A stretch of 64,000 bases of DNA from Eledone cirrhosa (Eukaryota): positions 6,014,001 to 6,078,000 of the forward strand of contig OZ024755.1 in the NCBI GenBank assembly GCA_964016885.1. The letters run 5' to 3'. The notes beneath the pieces are model-generated. The model was not told where the DNA came from, ran no database searches, and saw only the letters and a list, made by a program, of their open reading frames with translations. Positions 43,509 to 57,864 of this stretch are shown piece after piece. Position 1 is the stretch's first letter. The number at the start of each line of letters is the position of its first letter. The position numbers were made by a program, and so were the translations under genes.

Positions 43509-43582
<74 letters not shown>

Positions 43583-43600
43583 ATAGATAGATAGATAGAT

Positions 43601-43638
<38 letters not shown>

Positions 43639-43767
43639 ACATATATTGGAAAATGTGTGAAATCCTTCGTACTGTTAGGTATATTTTCCTTTTTTAAAAT
43701 ATACATATATATATATATAAATAAATAAATATATATACACTCAAATATATATATATATATATATATA

Positions 43768-43905
43768 TGAAAAAGTATGACCCCGACGGCAGAGCTCAAG
43801 CCGTTTCGACGGTCATACTTTTTCCTATTTCCCAGTCTACTACCCTAAGTATTGAGTACTCTGGTGCGTTATCGTCCATCTGGTTCCTTACCACATTTCC
43901 TTTGT

Positions 43906-43907
<2 letters not shown>
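43768..43907. mobile_element. Foldback family A copy, subfamily 2, with central deletion
   Basis: GAAAAAGTATGACC...ccgtttcgac-GGTCATACTTTTTCC plus unique arm, (TA)n on both sides. Confidence 0.8.
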
Positions 43908-43939
<32 letters not shown>

Positions 43940-44235
43940 TACAAATATATATATATGTGTATATATATACATATATACATATACATATGTGTATATATAT
44001 ATAGATACAAGTATACAAGTGTATAAACGAAATGTCTCTCCTCAAGAGAATCGACGAAACTCAGTTGGAATCTACAATCAATTATCTTTTAATTTACGGT
44101 TTAGAATCAAATGAAGTGATATTTATGTTGGAAAAAAGAAAAGATCGTAACACAGCAGAAAAAACAAACAAAACGAAAGAAATATTCAGAGATAAGAGGA
44201 GAAAAAATTTCAAATTGATGAAAAATATCACGAAC

Positions 44236-44311
<76 letters not shown>

Positions 44312-44438
44312 GAGACAAATATACCAGCATTAATGAATATACATAAACGCAAACATAGTATTTGTATGTAAATATATGTATATATTTGTACATATATGTG
44401 AAAAAATATGGCTGCATTAACGAATATACATACGCGCA

Positions 44439-44497
<59 letters not shown>

Positions 44498-44814
44498 CTA
44501 TATATGCACACTCACACATATATGTTAGTGTATATATGTTTATATATATATACACACATATAAATACATACACAATGCACACATATATACTCACGCGATT
44601 GAAATAATGAAACGAAATAAAATAACTTAAGTAACAAATATATAACAAAGAATAAAAAAAAATAACAATTATGATATTTAAATATAAAAAAGAAACTCGT
44701 TAAAAATGAAATATTTGCTTTGAAAAATCAACAAGTGATTATTCTAATGGCAAGTTATATACACACGCACAATCAAACATATACACACACAGACACACAC
44801 TGACACACATGCTT

Positions 44815-44874
<60 letters not shown>

Positions 44875-45345
44875 ACATATCTATATGTATACTGAATAAC
44901 ATGTGAGTGAAATAAATGAAATAGATAAAATAGATTGTTTGAAAAGTGTGAGAAAGCCATGATAAATGATATCATAGTTAATATGCTGAAAATATTCTTG
45001 AGTGACTCTCAGAACGATATCATCCATTACATATCAACAATATAGTTTATAATTTATCTCACGGCAGTATGATATATGGAGGTAATAGTTTGGCATTTGC
45101 TACTCAGACGTACCATCCAGAAAAAAGATGGTAGTTCATATTGATGTGGAGTGAATGCCTTTTATAATGAAGTTCAGGCCTTTCAAGATTTTATAAAATA
45201 CGTAACAACATTTGAACAGCTACTATTCCATTGAATTTCGAACAGACACACACACACACTCATGCACACATATATACATAGTTTATTACCCAGATTTGTG
45301 GTCTCCACGGTCTCGGTATTGCACATTTTGAATATATATATATAT

Positions 45346-46200
45346 GTGTGGTGTGGTGTGGTGTGGTGTGGTGGTGTGTAGTGTGGTGTGGTGTGGTGGT
45401 GTGTAGTGTGGTGTGGTGTGGTGGTGTGTAGTGTGGTGTGGTGGTGTGTAGTGTGGTGTGGTGTGGTGGTGTGTAGTGTGGTGTGGTGGTGTGTAGTGTG
45501 GTGTGGTGTGGTGTGGTGTGTAGTGTGGTGTGGTGGTGTGTAGTGTGGTGTGGTGGTGTGTAGTGTGGTGTGGTGTGGTGGTGTGGTGTGGTGGTGTGTA
45601 GTGTGGTGTGGTGGTGTGTAGTGTAGTGTAGTGTGGTGTAGTGTAGTGTAGTGTAGTGTAGTGTAGTGTAGTGTAGTGTAGTGTGGTGTGGTGTGGTGTG
45701 GTGTGGTGTGGTGTGGTGTGTGGTGTGTGGTGTGGTGTGGTGTGGTGTGTGGTGTGTGGTGTGGTGTGGTGTGGTGTGGGGCGGTGTGGTGTGGTGTGGT
45801 GTGGTGTGGTGTGGTGTGGTGTGGGGTGGTGTGGGGTGGTGTGGGGTGGTGTGGTGTGGGGTGGGGTGGTGTGGGGTGGTGTGGTGTGGTGTGGTGTGGT
45901 GTGGTGTGGTGTGGTGTGGGGTGGGGTGGTGTGGTGTGTGGTGTGGTGTGGTGTGGTGTGGTGTGGTGTGGGGTGGTGTGGGGTGGTGTGGTGTGGTGTG
46001 GTGTGGTGTGGTGTGGTGTGGTGTGTGGTGTGGTGTGGTGTGATGTGGTGGTGTGGTGTGGTGTGGTGTGGTGTGGTGTGGTGTGGTGTGGTGTGGTGTG
46101 GTGTGGTGTGGTGTGGTGTGGGGTGGTGTGGGGTGGTGTGGTGTGGTGTGGTGTGGTGTGGTGTGTGGTGTGGTGGTGTGTGGTGTGGTGTGTGTGTGTG
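45346..46200. repeat. (GTGTG)n/(GTGTA)n pentanucleotide microsatellite
   Basis: Direct inspection. Explains the WCGVV and HTTP ORFs. Confidence 0.97.
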
Positions 46201-46294
46201 TGCGCGCGCCTGTGTGTATGCGCGTGAAATTAAAAATTATGTTGCCGAAGCTATTACAATATAAGTACATATGTAATATAGCGAGTTCGTACAG

Positions 46295-46392
<98 letters not shown>

Positions 46393-47049
46393 ATGTGGGT
46401 GTCAGTGCGTGTATGTACCCATATATATACATATATGTCCTTGTGTGAATGTGTGCTTCTGTGTATATTCATTTATTAACCTGTCTATCTATCATTAAAA
46501 GTACACATGCGTACACCTGTGCATTTCATGTTTATTTCCTTCAATCACCTGTACATGTGTTCCTTTTCCTTTCTCTATCAGTCCTTCGCGTGCTCTTTCC
46601 TTTTTCACACACGCTGCACTTTAGAGCAAATAGATATATCTTTTAGCGTACATTGGCATAAAGTAAAAACACTTATTGAAAAGAAGTGCTGTTTCTTTTA
46701 ATAGATTTTAGCCTAGAAATATAAATATAATTTCCACTACAGAAAATTATTAAGAACATTTTTTTTATTTACTAAATGAAATATAACTATATATTTAGAA
46801 TTTGTGTTCATAGTCTTCAAAGACTTCAACTGAAATTTATTATTTTATACAATGTAACCCTACAGCACACCTGTGTGTCGCATGCACGTACTTAAGAACC
46901 TTAATTTAGTTTTTATACTCCAAATAAATTATATCTACCAAGATATTATATTTAGAATTTCAGTTGGCACTTTTCATACTTTTTAAATGATAAAAAAAAA
47001 AAAAAATCATTATCGATGTGTATTTCTTTAGCTCTCACGGTTCATTTCA

Positions 47050-47212
47050 CTAGATCACACTCACATTTAACTAGATCTCGCAGAATTCACAGCTAGATCA
47101 CTCGGTACATTAAACTAGATCTAGTGTCACTCTTAACTAGATCTTGTAACACTCTTGGCTAGAATTCGCAATCATTTTAGCTAAATATCACCGAACGCTT
47201 AGCAAGATCTCG
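47050..47212. repeat. ~22-bp periodic array of CTAGATC with variable spacers
   Basis: Five exact and three degenerate CTAGATC motifs at 21-22-bp spacing. Confidence 0.7.
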
Positions 47213-48054
47213 TGATGCACCAGTGTACCCCACGTCTTTTTTGAGAACCACACGTTTTACAAATGCTTCCTTTTGTATTAACCTCTTCTATCCCAACTCT
47301 GTGAGATCCATATTTGCAATATAAGACGATGTAACAGTAAATCAGTATAAAACAAAAGGACCTGATCGTCAGGGTGGACAAACGAAACTTTGTTTCCATT
47401 GGTCTTTCTATAGTCGTTCTGTGTGTCATCGTATACTCTCCCCTGTTGTCACTCCACTGTCACATCTACCACATCAACTACTCCCAGCGCATCTGTTCCC
47501 AGCTCCTACCATACATGCAGTGCTAGACTGATACTGGAAGTTTATCGTCATCGAAAGAATGAACGACAATCTCGACTATAGTTGGATTTGAACTGAAACT
47601 CCTCCCTTCTGTTCGCTGGGGCTGTCGGGAGGCCAGCACGTGGGACCCCATTTGTTCACCATACAGACAGATGGGTAGGGCGAGAGAGATGGAGGCGATG
47701 ATAGAGGGAGTTCGGCTCTTCCACGTTCGGTCCATATCCTTGTGGTTTTTCATTAGGCAGTTAATGAGTCAGTGCCCAACATTAATTTACTACCTTAGCT
47801 AGTAGATATGGTTAAAATTATGTTCTTTTCATCACACTGAGACAACAGAGAACCACAATGAATACAGTAGAGAATTCTACCTGACGTTCTAATGACTGCC
47901 AGTTCACATACAACGTTGTAAAATTGTGGCTGGGAAAGTCCGCTGCGGCATTTAGTTATGTTCTTAATTCAAATTACACTGAGGTCAATTTTACATTTCA
48001 TTCTACCTAAGTCGATCACAATGCAATTGTAACCTAAGCAAACATGAAAGAACA

Positions 48055-48637
48055 GCCGATCTTCCACTGTCATCGCCTCCATCTCTCTGTCCCTCCCCCA
48101 CTCTCTGTATGATGAGCAAATGGGGTCCCACGTACTGGCCTGCCTATAGCCCCGGCGGACAGAATCGAGAAGGCGTTTCCCCAGAGGATGGTAAGGGAAA
48201 TGCGTTGAAAGATCCATTCCATTTCGCGAGGCTCACACTTGCGGCTAGCCAGCTCAGCACCTATGGTGGTAAGTAGGGAGGTAGCCCTAGGGCCGAGGAC
48301 ACCAGAAGTCTCCACTGCTACAGATAGCCAGCTCAGCGCCTATGGTGGTGAGTAGGGAGGTAGCCCTAGGGCTGAGGACACCAGAAGTCTCCACTGCTAC
48401 AGGTAGCCAGGTCTGCACCTATTGTGGTGAGTAGGGAGGTAGCCCTAGGGCCGAGGACACCAGAAGTCTCCACTGCAACAGGTAGCCAGCTCTTCTGCAC
48501 CTATTGTGGTGAGTAGGGAGGTAGCCCTAGGTCCGAGGACACCAGAAGTCTCCACTGCTACAGGTAGCCAGCTCTGCACCTATGGTGGTGAGAAGGGAGG
48601 TAGCCCTAGGGCCGAGGACACCAGAAGTCTCCACTGC
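48055..48637 (-). mobile_element. CRE-clade (RLE) non-LTR retrotransposon 3' fragment with five tandem ~79-bp units
   Basis: AVETSGVLGPRATSLLTTIGAELASRKCEPREMEWIFQRISLTILWGNAFSIL matches the CRE-type restriction-like endonuclease C-terminus. Units start at 48246, 48325, 48404, 48483 and 48565. Relatives at ~54930-55200 (-) and ~47595-47725 (+). Confidence 0.82.
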
Positions 48638-48864
48638 GAAGGATACGACCGCAAACCTGTCGGAGAGCGACCGGTATTTGGAGAGAAAAAGTATTAGACA
48701 TCTTCAAAATGAAAGTCCTCCGAGTTTGCCAGGAGTCGAACCTAGAAGTGTGGCTAGAATTGAGATAACAATGTCTTTGGCACAACAATCTGACAGATGT
48801 TATCGCTCACTAAGACACTTTACTTTATACTGAACACTAACGTACGTACGTACCTACGTAATTG

Positions 48865-48878
48865 GTTTCTATAGCAAC
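48865..48878. promoter_or_regulatory. Candidate RFX X-box with adjacent CCAAT
   Basis: GTTTCTATAGCAAC; its reverse complement GTTGCTATAGAAAC fits RYYNYY-AT-RRNRAC. ATTGG lies at 48861-48865. Motif match only. Confidence 0.3.
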
Positions 48879-49520
48879 AGACGTTAGTTGTGCACGGGGT
48901 ATACAACATCCACCCCTGAAATAAAACAAAGATGATCAGGATGAGGGATGAGGGAAGAGGAGAGAGAGGAAGATAAAGAAGAAAGAAAAGTGAAGACAAG
49001 TAAAGAAGGAGAAGAATAGATAAAGAAGAAGAAGTAGAAGAAGATCTAGAAGTAGAATAAGAAGAATACGAAGGAGAAACTTAAGAAGGATACGATGAAG
49101 AAGAAGAATACGAATAAGAAGTAGAAGAATACGGAGAAGAAGAAAAAAAAAAGAAGAAAAAAGAAGAGGAAGAAAAAAGAAGAAAAAGAAAAAAAAGAAA
49201 AAAAGAAGAAGAAGAAAAAAATAGAAGAAAAAAGCAGAAGAAGAAAAAAGCAGAAGGAGAAGAAAAAAAAGAAGAAGAAAGTATATATTGTGGTTTTCCA
49301 AAGACCTTTGCTAACCGCCCCTGGTTTCCGGTTGCATAGATATCAAAACGACTCTGCAATGCAATATTTGTATAGAGATGCAAATGTGCAGGACTCTCTT
49401 ACCAAAACAGAGAGATAACGAAAGAAACCAGCATACTAAAATAAATACATTCGCGCACAAACAGAAGTATATATATACTAGTTAACCACCCATCATTGTG
49501 GCAGCAAACCACAAGCATAT

Positions 49521-49626
<106 letters not shown>

Positions 49627-49927
49627 CATATATATATATATACATATATCTATATATATAAGTATATATAAGTATATATATATATATAATACATATATAT
49701 ATACATACATATATCTATATATATAAGTATATATAAATATATATATATATATAATACATATATATATACATACATATATCTATATATATAAGTATATATA
49801 AGTATATATATATATATAATACATATATATATACATACATATATCTATATATATAAGTATATATAAATATATATATATACATACATATATCTACATACAT
49901 ATATCTATATATATAAGTATATATAAG

Positions 49928-49952
<25 letters not shown>

Positions 49953-49958
<6 letters not shown>

Positions 49959-50324
49959 ATACTTTGGGAGGGGCATGTTGCCAATAAGAAACACACGCAC
50001 CATTGTTTTCACTTCAATTTATTATAATAAATTTATAAATTTAGGAATTTATAAATTTCCGGTTGGTTGGTTCCAAAACCAGATGATTGTTTATATGTTG
50101 TCAAAGTTCTTTCGTCACACATTCTGTGACCTCTGAATGTTACACAGATTGTGTGACGAAAGAACTTTGACAATATATAAACAATCATCTGGTTGTGGAA
50201 CCAACCAACCAACCGGAAATTTATAGATTCCTAAATTTATAAATTTATTATAATAAATTGAAGTGAAAGCAACTGGTGCGTGTGTTTCTTATTGGCAACA
50301 TGACCCTCCCAAAGTATAACAATA
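49953..50324. mobile_element. ~370-bp near-perfect palindrome (foldback family C)
   Basis: ATTGTTATACTTTGGGAGGG...GTCACACA...TGTGTGACGAAAG...CCCTCCCAAAGTATAACAAT. The terminal fragment is repeated at ~33665-33700. Confidence 0.9.
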
Positions 50325-50398
50325 TCGGTTTCAACACGTTTTCAGATAAAGAATCTTGCTAAACAAATTCAGAAACGAAATATATATATATATATAAG

Positions 50399-50446
<48 letters not shown>

Positions 50447-50629
50447 CATATATATACAAGTATATATAAGTATATATATATATACATATACAAGTATATA
50501 TAAGTATATATATACATATATACACAGGCTGGTATATATTTATTTAATGAGTAAAGTATATAAGAAAAACAAACAAATGCAGGCACAAAAACGCTTACGC
50601 ACACACATACTCTCACCGTATACTTGAAA

Positions 50630-50780
50630 TATATAAAGGCAAACAGAAGTAACAAAGTAAAGACACAGTACAATGAAGAAATGTATTAGTTTTACGCTTG
50701 ATATGGTAGGAAAAGTGTCTTCACTTTTCGGACACTAGTCCTTCATCAGAAATAGAATTAGAAATTAAAGAAGAAATATT
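50630..50780 (-). mobile_element. Family B pLTR fragment with HHR-like core at 50717-50749; another copy at ~57630-57770 (core 57711-57743)
   Basis: CTGATGAAGGACtagtGTCCGAAAAGTG and CTGATGAAGAGCtaggGTCAGAAACGTG, both followed by ...atcaagcgt... as in the other family B copies. Confidence 0.62.
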
Positions 50781-52136
50781 AACATAGAGGAGAATGAGTT
50801 GTGGTATAAGGGGAAAAGGGTTATTTGAGAAAAAAGAGGTTTAGTTTAGGTACCCTCTCTTATATTAAAGGTACAACTCAATTTTACCAGTTATATGGAC
50901 TGGATCAACGTAAACTAATGTATCTTTTTTAAGAACACCATGTGCAACTGGGAACGAACTTACGATCTTACAACCGTGAGCCGAACACCCTTACCACTAA
51001 GTAAAAATGTGCCTTTATAGTTAGCTATTATTGTATGAGGATTTATATAAAAAAAGCTATAGTATGCCTATAAAATGCTCGTCAATTACAGTAATAGGCC
51101 ATAATGTGTATATATATTCTCTGAGTATTGCAAGAAAGCTGCCATAAAAAGAAAAAAATATATACTAGAATACAAAACAACCCTTTATTCCCTTCCTTAT
51201 AATATATTCGTAATCATGTATAACTGCCTGCGAATACATATATGGGAGTATAATATGCTATGACAGAAATTGCAAATCTACTCAGAATCATATATGAATT
51301 TTGTAGAGATGAAATATTCATTGTACATATAAATCTGCAAATATATACAAAATATACTCATGTATAATATGTAGAAATAGATAAGACTGTACACGTGTTA
51401 CATAGGGCAAATATATATATATATACATATACATATATCTATATACATATACATATATTTACATATATTTATATACATATACATATATTTATATACATAT
51501 ACATATATTTATATACATACACATATATTTATATATATACACATATATTTATATATATACACATATATTTATATATATACACATATATTTATATACATAT
51601 ACATATATATTTATATACATATACATATATATTTATATACATATACATATATTTATATATATACATATACATATATTTATATATATACATATACATATAT
51701 TTATATATATACATATATTTATATATATACATATACATATATTTATATATATATACATATACATATATTTATATATATACATATATTTATATATATACAT
51801 ATACATATATTTATATATATATACATATACATATATTTATATATATACATATACATATATACATATATATACATATACATATATACATATATATACATAT
51901 ACATATATACATATATATACATATACATATATACATATATATACATATACATATATACATATACATATATACATATATATACATATACACATATACATAT
52001 ATATACATATACACATATACATATATATACATATACACATACATATATACATATATATACATATACATATATACATATACATATATTTATATATATACAT
52101 ACATATATATATATACATATATTTATATATATACAC

Positions 52137-52167
<31 letters not shown>

Positions 52168-53269
52168 CATATACATATATTTATATATATACACACATAT
52201 ATATATATACACACATATATATATATATATATATATATGTTAACAACTACAAAATTATAGAGTTATAGAGATATACAAGCTATACAGTAGTAAATATTCT
52301 ATATAGCCTTAAGTATTGTAGATCGAAATTGCATTGGACTAAATATATTTTCAATGAAAATATAAAGTAATACGGGAAATTAATAGTAGCTGAACTATAG
52401 TATTAAACATCAAGAAATAGGCATAAAATTGGACTTAGAATATAGATGTGCAAACGTCTCATATATATTCACGGCACGCACACATACACTTACACACGCT
52501 CATATATTCATGCTCATATACATATGTATATTGATTAAATAAAAGGATTTGAACGTATTTTTTTATCATGATATTCTGTTGCATACATATTAACTCACAT
52601 TATAGGCCTAATAATATATACATGCATACATACATACATATATATATACATACATTCATGCATATACACAAACATACAAACACACACGCGCATATATATA
52701 TATATATATATATACATATACATAAATGTGGACACTTACTATGCAGTATTACTATGTTGTTTAACACGAATATATATGTGTGTACATAAATGGAAATATA
52801 TACACAAACAAAATATATAATACGATTGCATGAGTGTATGATATGTATATATATCACTATTTATGAAATATATTATAAATGGCATTCAAGTTATTAGATG
52901 TTGACAAATATACTAGAAAATTGAAAATTGAAATTACAATGTAAAGATATTCTTCACACCGGAAATTGAACCATGAAACTTTAACCGATAGAAATGAAGA
53001 ACATATTGGTGACTTCACCATCGAATTCACTCTAAACATCGTATATATATGATGTGAAGGCGTGTGACTGAGTGCTTAGAGAATTGGATTCACAATCTTG
53101 AGGTTGTGAGTTCGATTCCTGGACCGGGTGATGCGTTATGTCCTTGAGCAAGACACTTTATTTCACGTTGCTCCTTCTACCTTGTGTTGCGACTGATAGA
53201 TAGTACTGGCAACTGGAAAGACCGACGGAAACATTGTTTCCTCGGTCCGATTTGACGAAAGTCGATAGT

Positions 53270-53300
<31 letters not shown>

Positions 53301-55441
53301 TAAGAATAAAGGAACAAAGAATCAGTGTTGCATCATAACATTTAATAACATATTACATATGTTTCACTGTAGATCAGCTCGAGGAACGATCGAACCTGAC
53401 TCTGGAATCGAAAGATCCTTAAATATGTCTTAGTAAGCTCGTCTCTGATTTTATGCACAAAATCAGAGACGAGCTTACATACTGTGTCCTTGGAAAGATG
53501 ATTACGGCGAGATTAGGATTTGTTACTTCCAGAGTAAGAGAGAGTATGTGTGAATGTAAGTGACAGAGAGAGAGAGAGAGAGAGAGAGAGCTAGTGGAAG
53601 AACCGACCACAGTATTATACTGACAATTTATTTATCTTCATTAAAAAAAAATGAAAGTTTAACCCTTTAGAATTTATATTACTCTATAAATACTATCTTA
53701 CGTAATATCGAATCTATGAGATTTTGATATTCATTTTGAGAATAATACTTTAACATCAATATGAGCGGCTGGTTACAGCCGGTTTGAACAGAAAGAGGTG
53801 AGAGAATTCTGGCCGAGTATGGCTGGTTTAAATGCTAAAGAATTTAGTTGATTTTGATGGGATTTGAACTCCGACCACAGAGAGCAGCAACAAATAATTT
53901 ACAAGATTAAATCCAACGTTCTATTAACTGTACCACTCCACCAACTTAACCACTAATCCACTATATTCTATTTTACACAACTCAATTATATGTTCTTCTC
54001 CTACGAATCCGATACCTTTTACATTTTCTTTTTTAATTACAGACGTCAAATATTGAATTTATTGGTTTCAATTTGGTTACGAAATCGCCATTTTGTTTCT
54101 TGTTTGTTTTAGTTCCGGTTTTAGCTTCATTCGATTTTCTTGTGTCATTCCTGAGACGATAATTCCAATAAAACCAAAGAAATACAAATACTAGCGAAAT
54201 GTTCAAAGTGTGATCTTTACTGCCATATTTAAATGAAAAAATAACAACAACAGCAACAACAAAAATATGATATTGAATGAAAAGTAAAATATAAAAGATA
54301 AATAAATATATAAAACATAGAACTGACGGTAGAGCGAGGGTCGGGGTTGGGAGGTTAGTTAAATAATAATTTCTAACATTAAATACTAATAACGGAATAA
54401 AAGATATGCGAAGGAGAATAAGAGTTTGGAGAAACAGCGAGAGGAAGAAAGAGAGAGAAAGAAATGTAGAGAGGTAGATATATAGAGAGATAGATAGAGT
54501 GTGAGAAATATACAGAAAGAGGTAGTTATATAGAAAGAAAGAGAAACAGATGGAGAGAGAGTGAGAGAGGGATAGATAGATAGATAGCTATATAGGGAAA
54601 GTGCAGAGCTAGACAGATAGAGCAAAAGAGAGGTAATATATATAGAGAGAGATAGAATGTGAGAAATAGATGGAAAGAGGTAGATATATAGAAAGAAAGA
54701 GAGACAAATAAAGAGATAGCGATGGATAGAGAGAGAAAGATAGAGAGATAGAGAGAAAGAATGTGTGTGTGATAGAGAGAGAGAAAGAGAGAAAGAAATA
54801 CGAAGAGAATGTGTGTGTTTATGCTTTTTATGTTTCTCTAGGTTGAGAGGGCAACTGTTAATTTTAACGTATTGTAGTAGCAGAATTCTGCTACTTATTT
54901 TATCGATCTCTTTTCAACGAACCGCTATGTCAAGGAAGAGCCGAACTACCACTGTCATCGTCTCCATCTCCTTTGCCCTCCCCATCTCTCTGTATTATGA
55001 GCAAATGGGGTCCCACTTGCTGGCCACCTCGCGGCCACGGTGGACAGAATGGGGAAGGCGTTTCCTCGGAGGATGGTAAGGGAGATGTGCTGGAAGAGCC
55101 AATCCATCTCGCGGCCAGGCTCACACCTGCGGCTGGCCAGCTCAGCGCCTATGGTGGTAAGTAAGGAGTTAGAGGTAGCCTTAGGGCCAAGGACACCCGA
55201 GGCATGTGCCCATGGCGGCTGGCTTGACTAATCAGCCAAATTGGTAGCAAGGTGTGTAGATACGTCTTTAAGCTATGACCCAGTCTTGCAAGGATCATCT
55301 TAAGCTGGTAATTATTCTAAGACAACTTTACCGAGGCGCTCATGTAGTGACGTCATTGTAAAGTAAACTTATTAAAACGTTTGCTTCTTTCTATTGATAT
55401 CTGTGGAAACAGCATGGAGTAATAAGAAAAATAACAGAGAC

Positions 55442-55827
55442 AAGGGTAGGGCAGGGTGTAGGATGGGTTAAGGGGTAGGGCAGGGTGTGTGATGGGTTAA
55501 GGGGTAGGGCAGGGTGTGGGATGGGTTAAGGGGTAGGACAGGGTGTGGGATGGGTTAAGGGGTAGGGCAGGGTGTGGGATGGGTTAAGGGGTGGGGCAGG
55601 GTGTGGGATGGGTTAAGGGGTAGGGCAGGGTGTGGGATGGGTTAAGGGGTGGGGCAGGGTGTGGGATGGGTTAAGGGGTGGGGCAGGGTGTGGGATGGGT
55701 TAAGGGGTAGGGCAGGGTGTGGGATGGGTTAAGGGGTAGGACAGGGTGCTGGATGGGTTAAGGGGTAGGGCAGGGTGCGGGATGGGTTAAGGGGTAGGGC
55801 AGGGTGTGGGATGGGTTAAGGGGTAGG
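55442..55827 (+). repeat. 29-bp G-rich minisatellite, about 13 copies, G-quadruplex potential
   Basis: AAGGGGTAGGGCAGGGTGTGGGATGGGTT has five G-tracts of 3 or more per unit. Confidence 0.95.
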
Positions 55828-55902
55828 AAAGTGGAGTAGATTGAAACATTAGAAGTGATGGTGTTGACGGCAACTGTAGTGAAGTCCGCATCGAATGGTT
55901 TA

Positions 55903-55933
<31 letters not shown>

Positions 55934-56284
55934 TGTGTGTGTGTGAGAGTGTGTGTGTGTGAGAGTGTGTGTGTGTGAGAGTGTGTGTGCGTGAGAGTGT
56001 GTGCGTGAGATTGTGTGTGCGTGTGTGTGTGTGTGTGCATGAGTGTGTGTGTGTGTGAGTGTGTGTGAGAGTGTGTGTGTGTGCGTGAGAGTGTGCGTGA
56101 GAGTGTGTGTGTGAGTGTGTATGCGTGAGTATGTGTGTGCGTGTGCGTGTTAGAGAGTGTGTGTGTGTGTGTGCATGTGTGTATGTGCGTGAGAGAGGCA
56201 GAGTTTGTATGTGTGACTATGCACACACATATGCATACAGACGTATGTAGGCATAGATACACACCTATACACATACACACACAC

Positions 56285-56317
<33 letters not shown>

Positions 56318-56331
56318 CATATGTATGTACG

Positions 56332-56362
<31 letters not shown>

Positions 56363-56363
56363 G

Positions 56364-56394
<31 letters not shown>

Positions 56395-56974
56395 GTATAT
56401 ATATATATATACATATGTATATATATATATACATATGTATGTACGTATATATATATATACATATGTATGTATGTATATATATATATATATACATATGTAT
56501 ATATATATATATATACATATGTATGTATATATATATATATATATATACATATGTATGTATATATATATATATATATACATATGTATGCATATATATATAT
56601 ATATACATATGTATGTATATATATATATATATACATATGTATGTATATATATATATATATATATACATATGTATGTATATATATATATATATACATATGT
56701 ATATATATATATATACATATGTATATATATATATATATATATACACATATGTATGTATATATATATATATATACATATGTATATATATATATATATATAC
56801 ATATGTATATATATATATATATATATACACATATGTATGTATATATATATATATATACATATGTATATATATATATATATATACATATGTATGTATATAT
56901 ATATATATATATATATACATATGTATGTATATATATATATATATATATATACATATGTATGTATGTATGTATTT

Positions 56975-57007
<33 letters not shown>

Positions 57008-57056
57008 TAAATAGTTACATACATACATATGCACACATATGCACATGCACACACTC

Positions 57057-57119
<63 letters not shown>

Positions 57120-57829
57120 TATATATATGTGTGAAGGTAAGTAAATGAGAGTTGATGTTAAGATTGAGAATGTACATAATTAGAAAAAAACAAAAAAATA
57201 AATAAAACTGTTGCATGTGTTATCATAGTGTGACTCAGAAAGACGCCATTTTGTCCGTTTGTCTTAATGTATATTGGTTCCCCAAGATTACCTATGTTGG
57301 CGCCAACCTTATGACGTCATTGCCAGTATAAACTGCATACGAGAGTAATTGGTGTTTCGTATAGGTGGCTATGTATTTCTTGGTATTCTTTTTGAGTATA
57401 TTCGGGGGGGGAAGGGCTGCGTTTCCTTTGGGTAAAGTTTCTTACATATAAGATTTATTCTTTGCTTTTCTTTCTGTTGACTGTTACACGGATGATTTAA
57501 AACTCTAGACTCCACGTAAATTAAGGAAATAACTAGGGCTCATTGATTACATTAACCCTAATGAATAATTATATATGTACATATATATACATTTCTTTCT
57601 CTCTCTCTCTCTCTCTCTCGAGAGAGAGAGAATAAACGGAAACAACAGAGCTAAAAACACAGTGAAATGAAGAAATATATTAGTGTAACGCTTGATACAA
57701 TAGGAAGACAGATTTCACGTTTCTGACCCTAGCTCTTCATCAGAAGTTAGAATGAGAAACAAAAGATGTAATAGAAATATAGAGAGTTAGATGAGCAAGG
57801 AACGGAAAAAAGGTATTGAGAAAACACAA

Positions 57830-57864
<35 letters not shown>

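Noticed and set aside
47050-47212. CRISPR-like repeat-spacer array
   Set aside because: 7-bp repeat, 14-15-bp spacers, eukaryotic context and no cas genes.
49399-49440. [11 protein letters not shown] as tetraspanin TM1 exon
   Set aside because: The donor falls in an unexpected phase, similarity is weak, and there are no supporting neighbouring exons.
50612-50673. Hydrophobic [19 protein letters not shown] with GTGAG donor, resembling tetraspanin TM3
   Set aside because: Overlaps the family B repeat terminus and has no suitable acceptor.
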